A DNA stretch of 64,000 nt from Gammaproteobacteria bacterium. Its GTDB lineage: Bacteria > Pseudomonadota > Gammaproteobacteria > Eutrophobiales > Eutrophobiaceae. The number at the start of each line of letters is the position of its first letter. Position 1 is the first letter of the stretch. The notes under the pieces were generated by a model. It was not told the origin of the DNA. It made no database searches and saw only the letters and a program-made list of their open reading frames with translations. Where the stretch lies: contig CBDCTH010000012.1 in assembly GCA_965222155.1 (NCBI GenBank), positions 3,392,001-3,456,000 of the forward strand, read 5' to 3'. Of the stretch, positions 10,009 through 19,524 are shown piece by piece. The translations under genes and the position numbers were made by a program.

Positions 10009-11001
10009 CTACTTTATTGCAAACGGTCGGGCGGGTGAGCCGGTCGCGCCCTTGAACGGGATAGCGCCGAACACAAAAGCAAACTCGTAGACCTTATCCT
10101 GCAACAAGGCGCTGAAATCGATGTTTTCCATGATATAGATACCGTTTTCCACCAGGAATTTCTGGTGGTTCGGGGCAAACTGCGTCGGATCCGGTCCGGG
10201 TAAGGTCTCGACCCCCCAGTTGTCGGTTCCTACCAGTAGAACTTTTTTGTCTACTACCCAGTCGCCCGCTTTGTCCGTCAGGCCCGGTGTGCAACTGTTA
10301 AACTTTTGATTATCCGTTTTCCATAAGGTCCCCCAGCCGGTGTAATAGAACAGGGCGTCACCAGGTTGAACGGCATCTTCGCCCAGTCCCTGTTTTTTCA
10401 ATGCCGCTTTCAGGTCGGCAAGCGTGACTTCTTCGGTACATTCCAGCATGCGTCCCTTTAATCCGGCAACGTCCATTAGCACGCCTCGGGTAAATATGGG
10501 TGTAACATGTTCCACGCCCAGTTTGCTGAACCCGCGCCCGGTGCCGATGTCGGCATGGCTGTGGCCATTGTAGTAGCGCACCTCATTCAGGTCTCCCGGT
10601 TTGCCTGTGACCGTCGCCATGTGGCTGAGTGAATCGAATTGTGTGCCGTCCTGGGTGATATGACCGGAGATATAGTCTTCGTTCCAGGCCAGCCTGTTTT
10701 CGCCCATGGGGCCCCAGGAAGTTGCGCCCGGGACGGTCAACGAGTATTTTCGATGTTGCGGCGTCAGGCTGAACAAAGGCATGTCTTCCTCGAACACCCG
10801 GCCCATATCATAAATCTTTCCCTCTTGTATCAGACTGGCGGCAGCCAGTACCTTCGCCGGCGTCAACCGGTTCAGCGCGCCCAGCTGGTCATCCGCTCCC
10901 CACTCCGATGGCCACCATTTTTTCCCTGAATTGTCAGCGGAATAAGATATATTTGCCGTAACACAACAGCAGGCGATCAACATTATGATATTTCTAATCA
11001 T
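10009..11001 (-). CDS. Cyclase/kynurenine formamidase-like metal hydrolase with signal peptide
   Basis: WGADDQLGALN, GTQFDSLSH, TRGVLMDV, GIYIMEN and GATGSP. Confidence 0.88.
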   Translation of the reverse strand: MIRNIIMLIACCCVTANISYSADNSGKKWWPSEWGADDQLGALNRLTPAKVLAAASLIQEGKIYDMGRVFEEDMPLFSLTPQHRKYSLTVPGATSWGPMGENRLAWNEDYISGHITQDGTQFDSLSHMATVTGKPGDLNEVRYYNGHSHADIGTGRGFSKLGVEHVTPIFTRGVLMDVAGLKGRMLECTEEVTLADLKAALKKQGLGEDAVQPGDALFYYTGWGTLWKTDNQKFNSCTPGLTDKAGDWVVDKKVLLVGTDNWGVETLPGPDPTQFAPNHQKFLVENGIYIMENIDFSALLQDKVYEFAFVFGAIPFKGATGSPARPFAIK

Positions 11002-11097
11002 GATTGCTCCCCGGGTAGAGATGAATTCGGATTTTCACAGTATACTATTTGTTATTCAATCTGGAGTTTAGATTTTCAGGCATAAAGGACAGGTACA

Positions 11098-11856
11098 ATG
11101 GTTAAGCGTTTTCACAACAAAACGGTATTAATACTGGGGGGCGCCAGCGGTATCGGCAGGACTACGGCGTTGCGGTTTGCGCAGGAAGGCGCCAACGTGG
11201 TGATCGGTGGTCGCAACGCGGATAACGGCAACGAGGTGGTGCGTTCCATTGAGGCGATGGACGGCAATGGTCTGTTCGTGCAGACGGATGTCAGAGACCC
11301 GGATGCATCAGGCAATGCGGTGGATAAGACTGTCGCTGCATTCGGCGGATTAGACATAGCTTTCAATAACGCAGGGTTGGTCGGCACGGGGAATAAGACT
11401 GCTGATGAGAGTGAAGAAGACTGGTCGAACATGATCAATACCAAACTGAACGGCGTGTGGCACGGGATGAAATGCCAGATCCCCGCCCTGCTTGAAACCG
11501 GCGGCGGGGCTATCGTCAATATGGCGGGCAACTGGGGACTGATCGGATTTCCCGGTTACGCCGCCTACTGTGCCGCGGCCCACGGGGTAATGGGTCTGAC
11601 CAAGGCAGTCGCGCTGGAATACGCCGGCGCCGGTCTCAGGATTAACGCGGTGTGCCCCGGCGCGGTGGACGCGCCGATCCTGGATCGAATGACAGGCGGC
11701 AATGAAGATATCAAGAACAGTTTTGCCCAACAATTGCCTGTTGGCAGGCTCTGCAGCCCGGAAGATGTTGCCGAAGCGGTTTTATGGCTTGCTTCCGATG
11801 CCGCGTCCTACGTCAACGGTATCGGGCTGGTACTGGACGGAGGCGGAAGTCCTTAA
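11098..11856 (+). CDS. Short-chain dehydrogenase/reductase with atypical active site
   Basis: GGASGIG, FNNAG, RINAVCPG; YxxxK reads YCAAA. Confidence 0.9.
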   Translation: MVKRFHNKTVLILGGASGIGRTTALRFAQEGANVVIGGRNADNGNEVVRSIEAMDGNGLFVQTDVRDPDASGNAVDKTVAAFGGLDIAFNNAGLVGTGNKTADESEEDWSNMINTKLNGVWHGMKCQIPALLETGGGAIVNMAGNWGLIGFPGYAAYCAAAHGVMGLTKAVALEYAGAGLRINAVCPGAVDAPILDRMTGGNEDIKNSFAQQLPVGRLCSPEDVAEAVLWLASDAASYVNGIGLVLDGGGSP

Positions 11857-11875
11857 CCGGTTATTTATCTCTCTC

Positions 11876-11903
11876 TTGACACGGTTATCATTTATGATAA
11901 TCT
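11876..11903 (+). promoter_or_regulatory. sigma70 promoter with overlapping palindromic operator of the TA operon
   Basis: TTGACA at 11876; TTATCA-ttta-TGATAA at 11885-11900; ATG follows closely (probably leaderless). Confidence 0.6.
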
Positions 11904-11909
11904 TCTCAA

Positions 11910-12227
11910 ATGACCTGGAAGGTCACATTTTTCAATCTCAAGGTTAAGGAGGAGACTTTAAACTTCCCGGATGGGATATTGGCCAACCTTCTCCACATCC
12001 TGGAAATTATTGAAGAATTTGGTCCAAATGCAGGAAAACCATATACGGCTTCAATGGGTCAGGGTCTTTTCGAAATACGGGCAAGAGGAAAAGAAGGTAT
12101 AGGCCGCTCCCTGTTTTGTACTCTCAAAGGTAAAGAAATAATTATCCTGAATTCCTTTATAAAGAAAACGCAAAAGACTCCTAAAAAAGAGATCGATATA
12201 GCCCGCAAACGCATGAAGGAAATATAA
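11910..12227 (+). CDS. RelE/ParE-family (Gp49-like) toxin
   Basis: GLFEIRARGKEGIGR and FIKKTQKTPKKEI. Confidence 0.9.
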   Translation: MTWKVTFFNLKVKEETLNFPDGILANLLHILEIIEEFGPNAGKPYTASMGQGLFEIRARGKEGIGRSLFCTLKGKEIIILNSFIKKTQKTPKKEIDIARKRMKEI

Positions 12228-12228
12228 A

Positions 12229-12534
12229 ATGGCAAGACCAACGCTCAAATCATTCAAAGCAGAAGCATTTAAGAAAAAAGGAGTAAAAGAAGAGTATGTT
12301 GAACTTGCTCCTGCTTATGAAGTTCGCAAAAAACTAATTGCCTTGCGTCAAAAAGCCGGCTATACGCAAGAACAGATAGCAGAAAAACTCCATACCAGCA
12401 AAAGCAATATTTCTCGTTTGGAGAGCGTTAATTCTAATATTTCTCCAAAGCTATCCACCATTACAGATTATGCTGAAGCAATGGGCTACAAGCTGAAAAT
12501 AGATTTTGTTCCATCAAGGCGTTCCGATACATAA
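12229..12534 (+). CDS. XRE HTH antitoxin
   Basis: TQEQIAEKLHTSKSNISRLE..P.LST; 1 bp after the toxin. Confidence 0.9.
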   Translation: MARPTLKSFKAEAFKKKGVKEEYVELAPAYEVRKKLIALRQKAGYTQEQIAEKLHTSKSNISRLESVNSNISPKLSTITDYAEAMGYKLKIDFVPSRRSDT

Positions 12535-12546
12535 TAACCTGTTGTT

Positions 12547-13095
12547 CTACAGGTTTTGTTTTAAATCGTCGACCGGCTTCAGCCAGTCCTCATCCAGGCT
12601 GACCCGCGTCTTGCCCCAGCCTTCCTTGTAGTTGCAGAGGATCTGCTGGGTCAGCGCCGTGTGGGTCAGTTTCCATCCACCATTAATCCTGACCATCTCG
12701 TCGTCGTAGAAACCGGCGACCCAGACCGGGTCATACTCTTTGGTCCTTGAATTATGCACTGTGGCGGCTTCGAACAGGTACCAGCGCGCCGTGGCCGACC
12801 GGCAGTCATCGGCAACCTCTATTCTTATGGGTATCAGGCAGTGGAACATCCAGGTGAACGGATTGACCTCCAGGAATGAGCGGATTTCGTCACGCCCCTT
12901 TAAAACCGTATCCCAGTTGGTAAATTCCATGACGCCGTCCTCCGTATACAGGTCTACGAACATATCGATATCCATCTGGGGATCGGCAGCGACCGCAGAA
13001 CGCTGTTTCAAGTGCCTGATTTCCTCCATGGCTTCCAGTCTTTCCAGTCGTTTCGACAACTCGTCGATTTTGTGTGAATCACTCATGGCATTCAT
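12547..13095 (-). CDS. SnoaL/NTF2-like protein
   Basis: RLERLEAMEEIR, LYTEDG, GRDEIR, Y.DE...GGWKL. Confidence 0.85.
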   Translation of the reverse strand: MNAMSDSHKIDELSKRLERLEAMEEIRHLKQRSAVAADPQMDIDMFVDLYTEDGVMEFTNWDTVLKGRDEIRSFLEVNPFTWMFHCLIPIRIEVADDCRSATARWYLFEAATVHNSRTKEYDPVWVAGFYDDEMVRINGGWKLTHTALTQQILCNYKEGWGKTRVSLDEDWLKPVDDLKQNL

Positions 13096-13325
13096 CCATA
13101 TTCGCTACAACATATAAAATTCACGGAAACTATTGTATTTGTCTCCGGCAGAAATACTGTCAGTAACGTTTTTATAACACAGGCTGCAGCGTATCACCAG
13201 CAGACATAAATGCCAGAGGGATAACAGCGATTCTGCCCGGTTTGCGAATAGTTATTACCTGAACGAACTGATCGATCAGCGCACCATTATATCTTGATTT
13301 TACGAGTTAACACAACTATACTGTT

Positions 13326-13790
13326 GTGTTAATGATTCCTCAGTTGATTGATATTGGTAATGGGTGCCCTTGGCCTGTTTTACCCCCCGGGGTGCATAAG
13401 ACAACTTTAGGTGAGATTGATTCAAAATTTGCGTATACGCCCCACCGAAAGAAACTATTTACGGGCTTTCGTAATGCGGTATTAATTTTGAACCAGGCAG
13501 GTTGTAAGTCGATATACTTGGATGGCAGCTATACCACCGGAAAGAACCACCCAAATGATTTTGATGCCTGCTGGGATGCTTATGGTGTTGATCCGATGAA
13601 ACTCGACCCGATATTACTAGATTTTTCTAATAAACGAAGCGCACAGAAGAAAAAGTACGGCGGTGAATTATTTATTATCAGTACCTCCGCGAAACCTAGT
13701 ATTAGCTTTTTGGATTTTTTTCAGACTGATCGTTACACCGGTCATAGAAAAGGGATCTTGTTTTTGGACTTAAGTTTATCTACGCCATGA
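13326..13790 (+). CDS. DUF6932-like protein (pol-beta nucleotidyltransferase-like)
   Basis: LPPGVH, YLDGSYTT.K..PNDFD and FLDFFQTDR..RKGI. Confidence 0.75.
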   Translation: MLMIPQLIDIGNGCPWPVLPPGVHKTTLGEIDSKFAYTPHRKKLFTGFRNAVLILNQAGCKSIYLDGSYTTGKNHPNDFDACWDAYGVDPMKLDPILLDFSNKRSAQKKKYGGELFIISTSAKPSISFLDFFQTDRYTGHRKGILFLDLSLSTP

Positions 13791-13806
13791 ATGAAGAGAA
13801 CTTGCA

Positions 13807-15081
13807 ATGATTACAAATGAACGACAATTCAAGATCGCTAAAGCACAAATGGAGAAGTTCAAATTGTCAATTGCCACTTTCGATATAGAAGAACTTGTTG
13901 GATGTGGCACAGATCGCCTTATGGCACAGGCACAGTTAGATCAGTTACGGAGTGAATACGAGATACTACTTGAGCAAATTATGGACTATGAACGTCTATC
14001 TTCAGGCGAACAGAAAGAATTTGAGATGCGATCACTTCAGGATTTACCTGTCGCGCTCATCAAGGCTAGGATTGTAAGTAACTGGACACAAAAACAGTTT
14101 GCTGAGGTACTTGGTGTTAAAGAACAACAAGTTCAACGCTATGAAGCTGAAATGTATAAATCAGCAAATCTTACAACTTTGTCACGCATGGCTGAAATAC
14201 TTGGTTTAGATATACCCACTCACGTTGTAATGTCATCCGTTAGAGATGGGTCAGTTGTAGGTATTTCCAAGAATCTACCAATCACTGAAATGTATAAAAG
14301 AGGATGGTTTGAAGACTTCTCGGGAACCTTAAGAGAAGCGAAAAAAAGTTATAGAGAGTTGATTGAGCAGTTGTATATCAATTCTGGATATACTCATGAT
14401 CAAATTGCCTTGCATCGAAAAAAAGTAAGATTGAGTAGTAATATTAATGAAGATGCGTTAACTGCATGGCATATACGAATTCTTTGTTTAACAAACAAAC
14501 AAAAGCTGTCACGGACGTTCAATCATAATGTCATATCGCAAGACTGGTTCCGAGAATTAGCAAAACTCAGTCGTTTCCCGGAGGGTCCTTTACTGGCTAG
14601 GGACTGGTTGCTGGAAAGCGGGATTTACTTTGTTATCGAACCACACCTTCCGCAAACTTATCTTGATGGGGGTGCATTGAGACATCCTAGTGGTGCGCCG
14701 GTAGTTGCCCTTACTATCCGTTATGACCGGTTGGATAATTTTTGGTTTGTTCTCTTTCATGAGCTGTCTCACATCCATCTTCATTTTCAATCGGAGCAAG
14801 ATACTGATTTTTTTGATGACTCAGAAGTGAAGTCTAACGACATCGAGTTGGAAGCAGATGAACATGCACTCAGCGCATTGGTGCCCCCAGAAATGTGGGA
14901 TAACTGTTTATCGAGGTTTAGCTTAAATACAGAGACAGTTCGCATAGAAGCAGAACAATTCCAAATACATCCATCCTTAATTGCTGGCCGAATACGTCAT
15001 GAACAACAGAACTTTAGTGTTTTAAATGATGTGATTGGTTACGGTGAAGTGTCACGCAGTTTTGAGGGATGGATGCTTTAA
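13807..15081 (+). CDS. Helical hairpin + XRE HTH + ImmA/IrrE-type metallopeptidase fusion
   Basis: MITNERQ N-terminus; WTQKQFAEVLGVKEQQVQRYE HTH; LDNFWFVLFHELSH (HExxH); ELEAD. Confidence 0.85.
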   Translation: MITNERQFKIAKAQMEKFKLSIATFDIEELVGCGTDRLMAQAQLDQLRSEYEILLEQIMDYERLSSGEQKEFEMRSLQDLPVALIKARIVSNWTQKQFAEVLGVKEQQVQRYEAEMYKSANLTTLSRMAEILGLDIPTHVVMSSVRDGSVVGISKNLPITEMYKRGWFEDFSGTLREAKKSYRELIEQLYINSGYTHDQIALHRKKVRLSSNINEDALTAWHIRILCLTNKQKLSRTFNHNVISQDWFRELAKLSRFPEGPLLARDWLLESGIYFVIEPHLPQTYLDGGALRHPSGAPVVALTIRYDRLDNFWFVLFHELSHIHLHFQSEQDTDFFDDSEVKSNDIELEADEHALSALVPPEMWDNCLSRFSLNTETVRIEAEQFQIHPSLIAGRIRHEQQNFSVLNDVIGYGEVSRSFEGWML

Positions 15082-15113
15082 TGGCAGTAACGAAAAATAT
15101 ATAGCGTCTTGAT

Positions 15114-16181
15114 ATGTATGTACCCATACTGAAATGGCGTCAAGGTGAGTATTTGGCATTAGAGCGTCTACCTAATGATGTAAAAGAATGCGTAATGCCA
15201 CTAATTGAGGTGCCACCGTTGGAATGGGATTTTGAAAAAGGCCAATACGCAAAAAACATCGATGAACATTTGAAACTTTTTATAACAAGATTTATAAAGA
15301 AATGGGGAAAGAGAAAGGCTTTTATAGATCTCCACCTGATTGATCCTACTTCACGTATGGTCAATGGAGTGCATCCGCTAACGTATGTCTTCGTGGAGGC
15401 ACTTAAAAATGAGTTGGAAGTAATCCCGGTGACGGGTATAAACAGGGGCACCGATTACCAACGCGCAGTAAAAAAAAGCATTGGTCAATTCAGCAATGGC
15501 GTCTGCTTACGTTTATCCATTAATGATGTGCTCAAACTATCACAAATGAATCGTTTGGATACATTTACGCACTATCATTCAATAGAATTTAGTGAACTGG
15601 ATGTTGTGCTAGATTTGGAGGCCCCAGATTTTAATCCTATTACGCAATTTGCACGGTTATTGCACAATCAGATTCAAAATCTGTCAGAAATAGAACACGT
15701 TCGAAGTTTCACAATAATCGGGTCGGCTTTTCCAAAGTCAATGGATCAATTAAGTATAGGTGCTCAAATTATCGAACGCTCAGAATGGAATCTGTATAGG
15801 GAATATTGTGATCGATTGACATCAGTGGAGAGAAAGCCACAATTTGGTGATTACGCCATTTCCCATCCTGCCTTGTTACAGTTGGATATGCGATTAATCA
15901 AGCCGGCTGCAAGTTTGCGATATACAATTGACGGTGGATGGTATATCCATAAGGGGACAAACGTGCGTGATAATGGTTTTTCGCAGTATAGAAATATATG
16001 TTTAAAACTGATGAAGTCGCGACATTTCCAAGGCGGAACTTATTCACCAGGTGATAAATACATTAAGGAATGTGGTGAAGGGGCTGCGTCTACTGGAAAT
16101 TTAACGGTATGGCGATGGGTGGGAACGAATCATCACATTACAAAGGTTGTAGATGACAGCGCCAATTTTGGCGTTCTTTAA
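15114..16181 (+). CDS. Beta-family protein
   Basis: YVPILKWRQGEYLAL, PLIEVP, FGDYAISHP, LRYT, SPGDKYI and W.WVGTNHHIT. Confidence 0.85.
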   Translation: MYVPILKWRQGEYLALERLPNDVKECVMPLIEVPPLEWDFEKGQYAKNIDEHLKLFITRFIKKWGKRKAFIDLHLIDPTSRMVNGVHPLTYVFVEALKNELEVIPVTGINRGTDYQRAVKKSIGQFSNGVCLRLSINDVLKLSQMNRLDTFTHYHSIEFSELDVVLDLEAPDFNPITQFARLLHNQIQNLSEIEHVRSFTIIGSAFPKSMDQLSIGAQIIERSEWNLYREYCDRLTSVERKPQFGDYAISHPALLQLDMRLIKPAASLRYTIDGGWYIHKGTNVRDNGFSQYRNICLKLMKSRHFQGGTYSPGDKYIKECGEGAASTGNLTVWRWVGTNHHITKVVDDSANFGVL

Positions 16182-16719
16182 GCTTGTTACTTATAGTTGA
16201 TTGTAGCTCTTCTATGGTAAACAAATCAATTATGGTCTTATAAAGAATCTTTCTTGGCTTTCTAAGCAGTGTGCCGGTGTAGCCCGCTGCTTCTAGTAAT
16301 TCAACTGCTTCATCTCTCCACAAGAGGGTTGTTAGTACGTATGGGTCGATAAGGGGGTTGTTGTATGCCTCACGGAATTTGTGAAAATACGTTCCTCCAC
16401 GCGGTCCTCTGGTTGCAACAATAAGACCCCACCAATCAGAGATCAGATTAAGCGACCGTTCTAAATGTTTTTTTGTAATCACTAAAGAAAGTTGATTGAA
16501 AACGGAATTATAGAGTTTCACTTGAGAGGCTAACCGGGTCAGGTCATCAGTATCAGATTTTATTTCGATCCCACTTAATTTACCGTTTATCACAGCAATA
16601 TCGATTCTCGATTTACCATGATAGATCCCTAATTCATCAACTACAAGTGCATTACTATTCTGATGGTAATAGCGAATTAACTTTTTATGTACGGCATAAC
16701 GTATATCATTTTCGTTCAT
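16138..16719 (-). CDS. sce7726-family protein (PD-(D/E)XK nuclease-like)
   Basis: E.DIR, VVDELG, RIDIAVING, EIKSD.D.L.RL..Q...Y..VF, WWGL, LLWRDE. Confidence 0.85.
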   Translation of the reverse strand: MNENDIRYAVHKKLIRYYHQNSNALVVDELGIYHGKSRIDIAVINGKLSGIEIKSDTDDLTRLASQVKLYNSVFNQLSLVITKKHLERSLNLISDWWGLIVATRGPRGGTYFHKFREAYNNPLIDPYVLTTLLWRDEAVELLEAAGYTGTLLRKPRKILYKTIIDLFTIEELQSTISNKLKERQNWRCHLQPL

Positions 16720-16724
16720 AATTA

Positions 16725-17807
16725 TTAATTGGTATTTGTTAACCTCGGCATTAACTGATCAGCGAAAAGCTGTTGCGTCCGCAGCGCCTGTTCCCGTTTC
16801 AGGCCGCCGTAATGGCTGATGATGATCAACTCATCAAACCCGAATTCTTCATATAATTGCTCCAGCTTTTTGCCCACGGAATCCGGCGTCCCCACGTAAA
16901 CGATGTCATTTTCGATCAATTCATCATAGCTCATTTTGCCGATACTCGGCATGAAGTCCATGGTATAGAACTTGTAACCGGCGTTCACCAGGCGTTCGCG
17001 CTCGGCATCGTTTGACGGCATAATCGTCAATTGAGGGGAGACGTTGTAACGGACAAAATTCACTACGGCTTCCCTGGCTTCCGCATGGGCGGTTGCCTCG
17101 TCTTCGTGCAGGTAAATCGCCTTGATAAAACCCACGCTGGGGGTGGAGCCTGCTTCGGCGCAGGCGTTCCGGTAAACGTCTACAGGGTCCTTGAAAGCGG
17201 CGCTGGGCGCCGGGCCGCCCACGACAATACCCCATTCATTTTGCGCGGCCATGGTAAACCACTTGGCGCTGGTGCCTACCTGGAAAATTTTGGGATGGGG
17301 CTTTTGCACGGGTTTGGGAACGACCGAAACATCTTTCACGTTGTAATACTTGCCTTCATAAGAGAAGGGGTCTTCGGTCCAGGCCTTTTGCAGAATTTCC
17401 AGGCACTCTACGTAGCGCCCCATGCTTTCTTCCATGGGCACGTCAGCCGGGCCGCATAACCAGGGATGCCCCCGGCCTACACCACATTCGATGCGTCCCT
17501 TCGTCAATATGTCAACCATCGCAATCTCACCGGCCAGGATCATGGGGTTATGCAGTGGCAAGGTATGACACAGGGCGCGAAACCGCAGGTTTTCAGTACG
17601 TTCCGCCAAGTGGGTGAATACCGCCAACGGATTGGGGTTGATCGCAAATTTTTCATAAAACGGGTGTTCCAGCGTGGTAAATACATGGAAACCGGTTTTA
17701 TCCGAGTGTACGGCGAGGGCCAGGACGTCTTCGATCAATTCGGCGTGGTCATGTCCCGGGGGACACTGAAATTCAACGTAAGTGCCAAAGCGTAGGGGTT
17801 CAGTCAT
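16725..17807 (-). CDS. LLM-class (luciferase-like) flavin-dependent monooxygenase
   Basis: EHPF, LPLHNP..LAGEIA.VD.L..GR...GVGRG and PKPVQKPHP. Confidence 0.92.
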   Translation of the reverse strand: MTEPLRFGTYVEFQCPPGHDHAELIEDVLALAVHSDKTGFHVFTTLEHPFYEKFAINPNPLAVFTHLAERTENLRFRALCHTLPLHNPMILAGEIAMVDILTKGRIECGVGRGHPWLCGPADVPMEESMGRYVECLEILQKAWTEDPFSYEGKYYNVKDVSVVPKPVQKPHPKIFQVGTSAKWFTMAAQNEWGIVVGGPAPSAAFKDPVDVYRNACAEAGSTPSVGFIKAIYLHEDEATAHAEAREAVVNFVRYNVSPQLTIMPSNDAERERLVNAGYKFYTMDFMPSIGKMSYDELIENDIVYVGTPDSVGKKLEQLYEEFGFDELIIISHYGGLKREQALRTQQLFADQLMPRLTNTN

Positions 17808-17965
17808 AAGAATATTTTCCTTTTTTATTTTGTTTTCAATAGCTCCTGAGCACTCTTTTTATCCACTCAGGGATAGCTGCCGTATGTTATTATTTGAAAT
17901 TCATGGCATTGAAATTACCAGTTTTATTATACTATCAGAATAATTTGTGAAGTGAGGAGCAGGAT

Positions 17966-19171
17966 ATGTGTGCAGCCGTAATTGAAGGTCGTCGCTGGGC
18001 CAGGACTTACCCCTGGCTGGGCGAAGATCCCGTTCCTACCGAACCCTGTATTTCGGAAGATGTCTATCGCCGCGAGGTGGAGAAAGTATTCAAAAAAGTC
18101 TGGCTGCACGTAGGCAGGGTAGAGGAACTGCCGAAACCCGGATGCTACAAACTCAAACGGCTGGATTTTGCCAGTACCTCGGTATTGTTGATCCGGGGCA
18201 AGGACGATGAAGTTCGCGCGTTTCATAATACCTGTTCCCACAGGGGAAACACGGTCGTCGTGCCGGAGGGTGAGTGGGACAACTTCGGGCAGAAGGCGGC
18301 CTTCAGTTGCCGCTTCCATGCCTGGACCTATAACGATAAAGGCGAACTCATCGGCGCCCAGGAGGAAACCGGCATGCCGCCGTGTTTTCGCAAATCGGAG
18401 AACGGTCTGACGCCGATTAACTGCGACACCTGGGAAGGTTTCATCTTTGTCAACCTGGATGAGAACCCGTCTGTGGGACTGCACGAATACCTGGGGGAGA
18501 TGGGCAATCATTTCTCCGGCTTTCCCTACAACGAAATCACCCATAACTTTACCTATTACACCTATCTCAACTGCAACTGGAAGGTGGGACTGGACGCCTT
18601 TGCCGAGGCGTATCATGTAAACACCATCCATGCCGGCTCGTTCCCAGGCACGTTTTCGACCGGTCTGCAGATGATTAAACTGCTGGGCGACCACCGTACC
18701 ACCGCAGTCTGCTTCAACCCGCCTAGGGATACGCCGCCGGTCGCCGCGCTGGCCCAGACCAAGGCCAGGGGGTCATTGGTGAACAACGTCAGTGAGACGA
18801 TACTGCCGCCTACCCTGAATGATGAGAAGCGCGACGATTATGCCTTTGAACTGAGCGTATTCTTTCCGAACTGGTTATTGCACGTATCGGAAGGCATCTG
18901 GTTCACCCACCAGTTCTGGCCCATCGGTTATGATCGGTGCCTGTGGGAAGGGAAGTACAACGTCATGGAACCGACTACCAACAGCGAGAAATGGGCGCTG
19001 GAGCATGCCATGGTACTGCAACGCAACGCCTGGCTGGAAGATACGGCAACCATGGAAGGGACTTTCTTTTCGTTAAATTCCGGCAGCAAGAAATATATGA
19101 ACCTGCATGATGAGGAAATCCTCGTCAGGCACGGTTATCACGTACTGGAAAAGTATCTGAATGGTGATTAA
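17966..19171 (+). CDS. Rieske ring-hydroxylating oxygenase alpha subunit (paralog 1)
   Basis: CSH...CRFH cluster ligands; NWK...EAYHVNTIH and ED mononuclear Fe site. Confidence 0.93.
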   Translation: MCAAVIEGRRWARTYPWLGEDPVPTEPCISEDVYRREVEKVFKKVWLHVGRVEELPKPGCYKLKRLDFASTSVLLIRGKDDEVRAFHNTCSHRGNTVVVPEGEWDNFGQKAAFSCRFHAWTYNDKGELIGAQEETGMPPCFRKSENGLTPINCDTWEGFIFVNLDENPSVGLHEYLGEMGNHFSGFPYNEITHNFTYYTYLNCNWKVGLDAFAEAYHVNTIHAGSFPGTFSTGLQMIKLLGDHRTTAVCFNPPRDTPPVAALAQTKARGSLVNNVSETILPPTLNDEKRDDYAFELSVFFPNWLLHVSEGIWFTHQFWPIGYDRCLWEGKYNVMEPTTNSEKWALEHAMVLQRNAWLEDTATMEGTFFSLNSGSKKYMNLHDEEILVRHGYHVLEKYLNGD

Positions 19172-19180
19172 AGGTAATCG

Positions 19181-19522
19181 ATGAGTACACTATTACCCGA
19201 AGGTTTTGCTGAGCTGGAAACATGGGCAAACGAATGGGCCTTGCCCACTCAGAACAGCCGCTGGGATAAACGACTTGCTTCAACCAGGGAGGAGTTGATC
19301 GCCTTCTACAATGCCGTCCTGCCCCACTTGGCGCGCATCCTGGACCACGTCGATCAATATCCTTTGGGGGAACTGTCCGAACGATCTGCAAGGCTGTTTG
19401 ACCTGGCGCTCATGCACGCTGAAATTGCGCCTAATGTCGAATTGTATGGCGGCGCCCCGGACGTGCCCCACAGCTATGAGGAAAAACGCTTCATTGCCGT
19501 GCAGGGAGATGACCGACACTAA
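19181..19522 (+). CDS. Small helical protein co-encoded with the Rieske oxygenase (copy 1)
   Basis: Paralogous to 22486-22827 (WA.PT...R...R...FY.A.LP.L...L...D, AE.AP..ELY). Confidence 0.8.
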   Translation: MSTLLPEGFAELETWANEWALPTQNSRWDKRLASTREELIAFYNAVLPHLARILDHVDQYPLGELSERSARLFDLALMHAEIAPNVELYGGAPDVPHSYEEKRFIAVQGDDRH

Positions 19523-19524
19523 TC

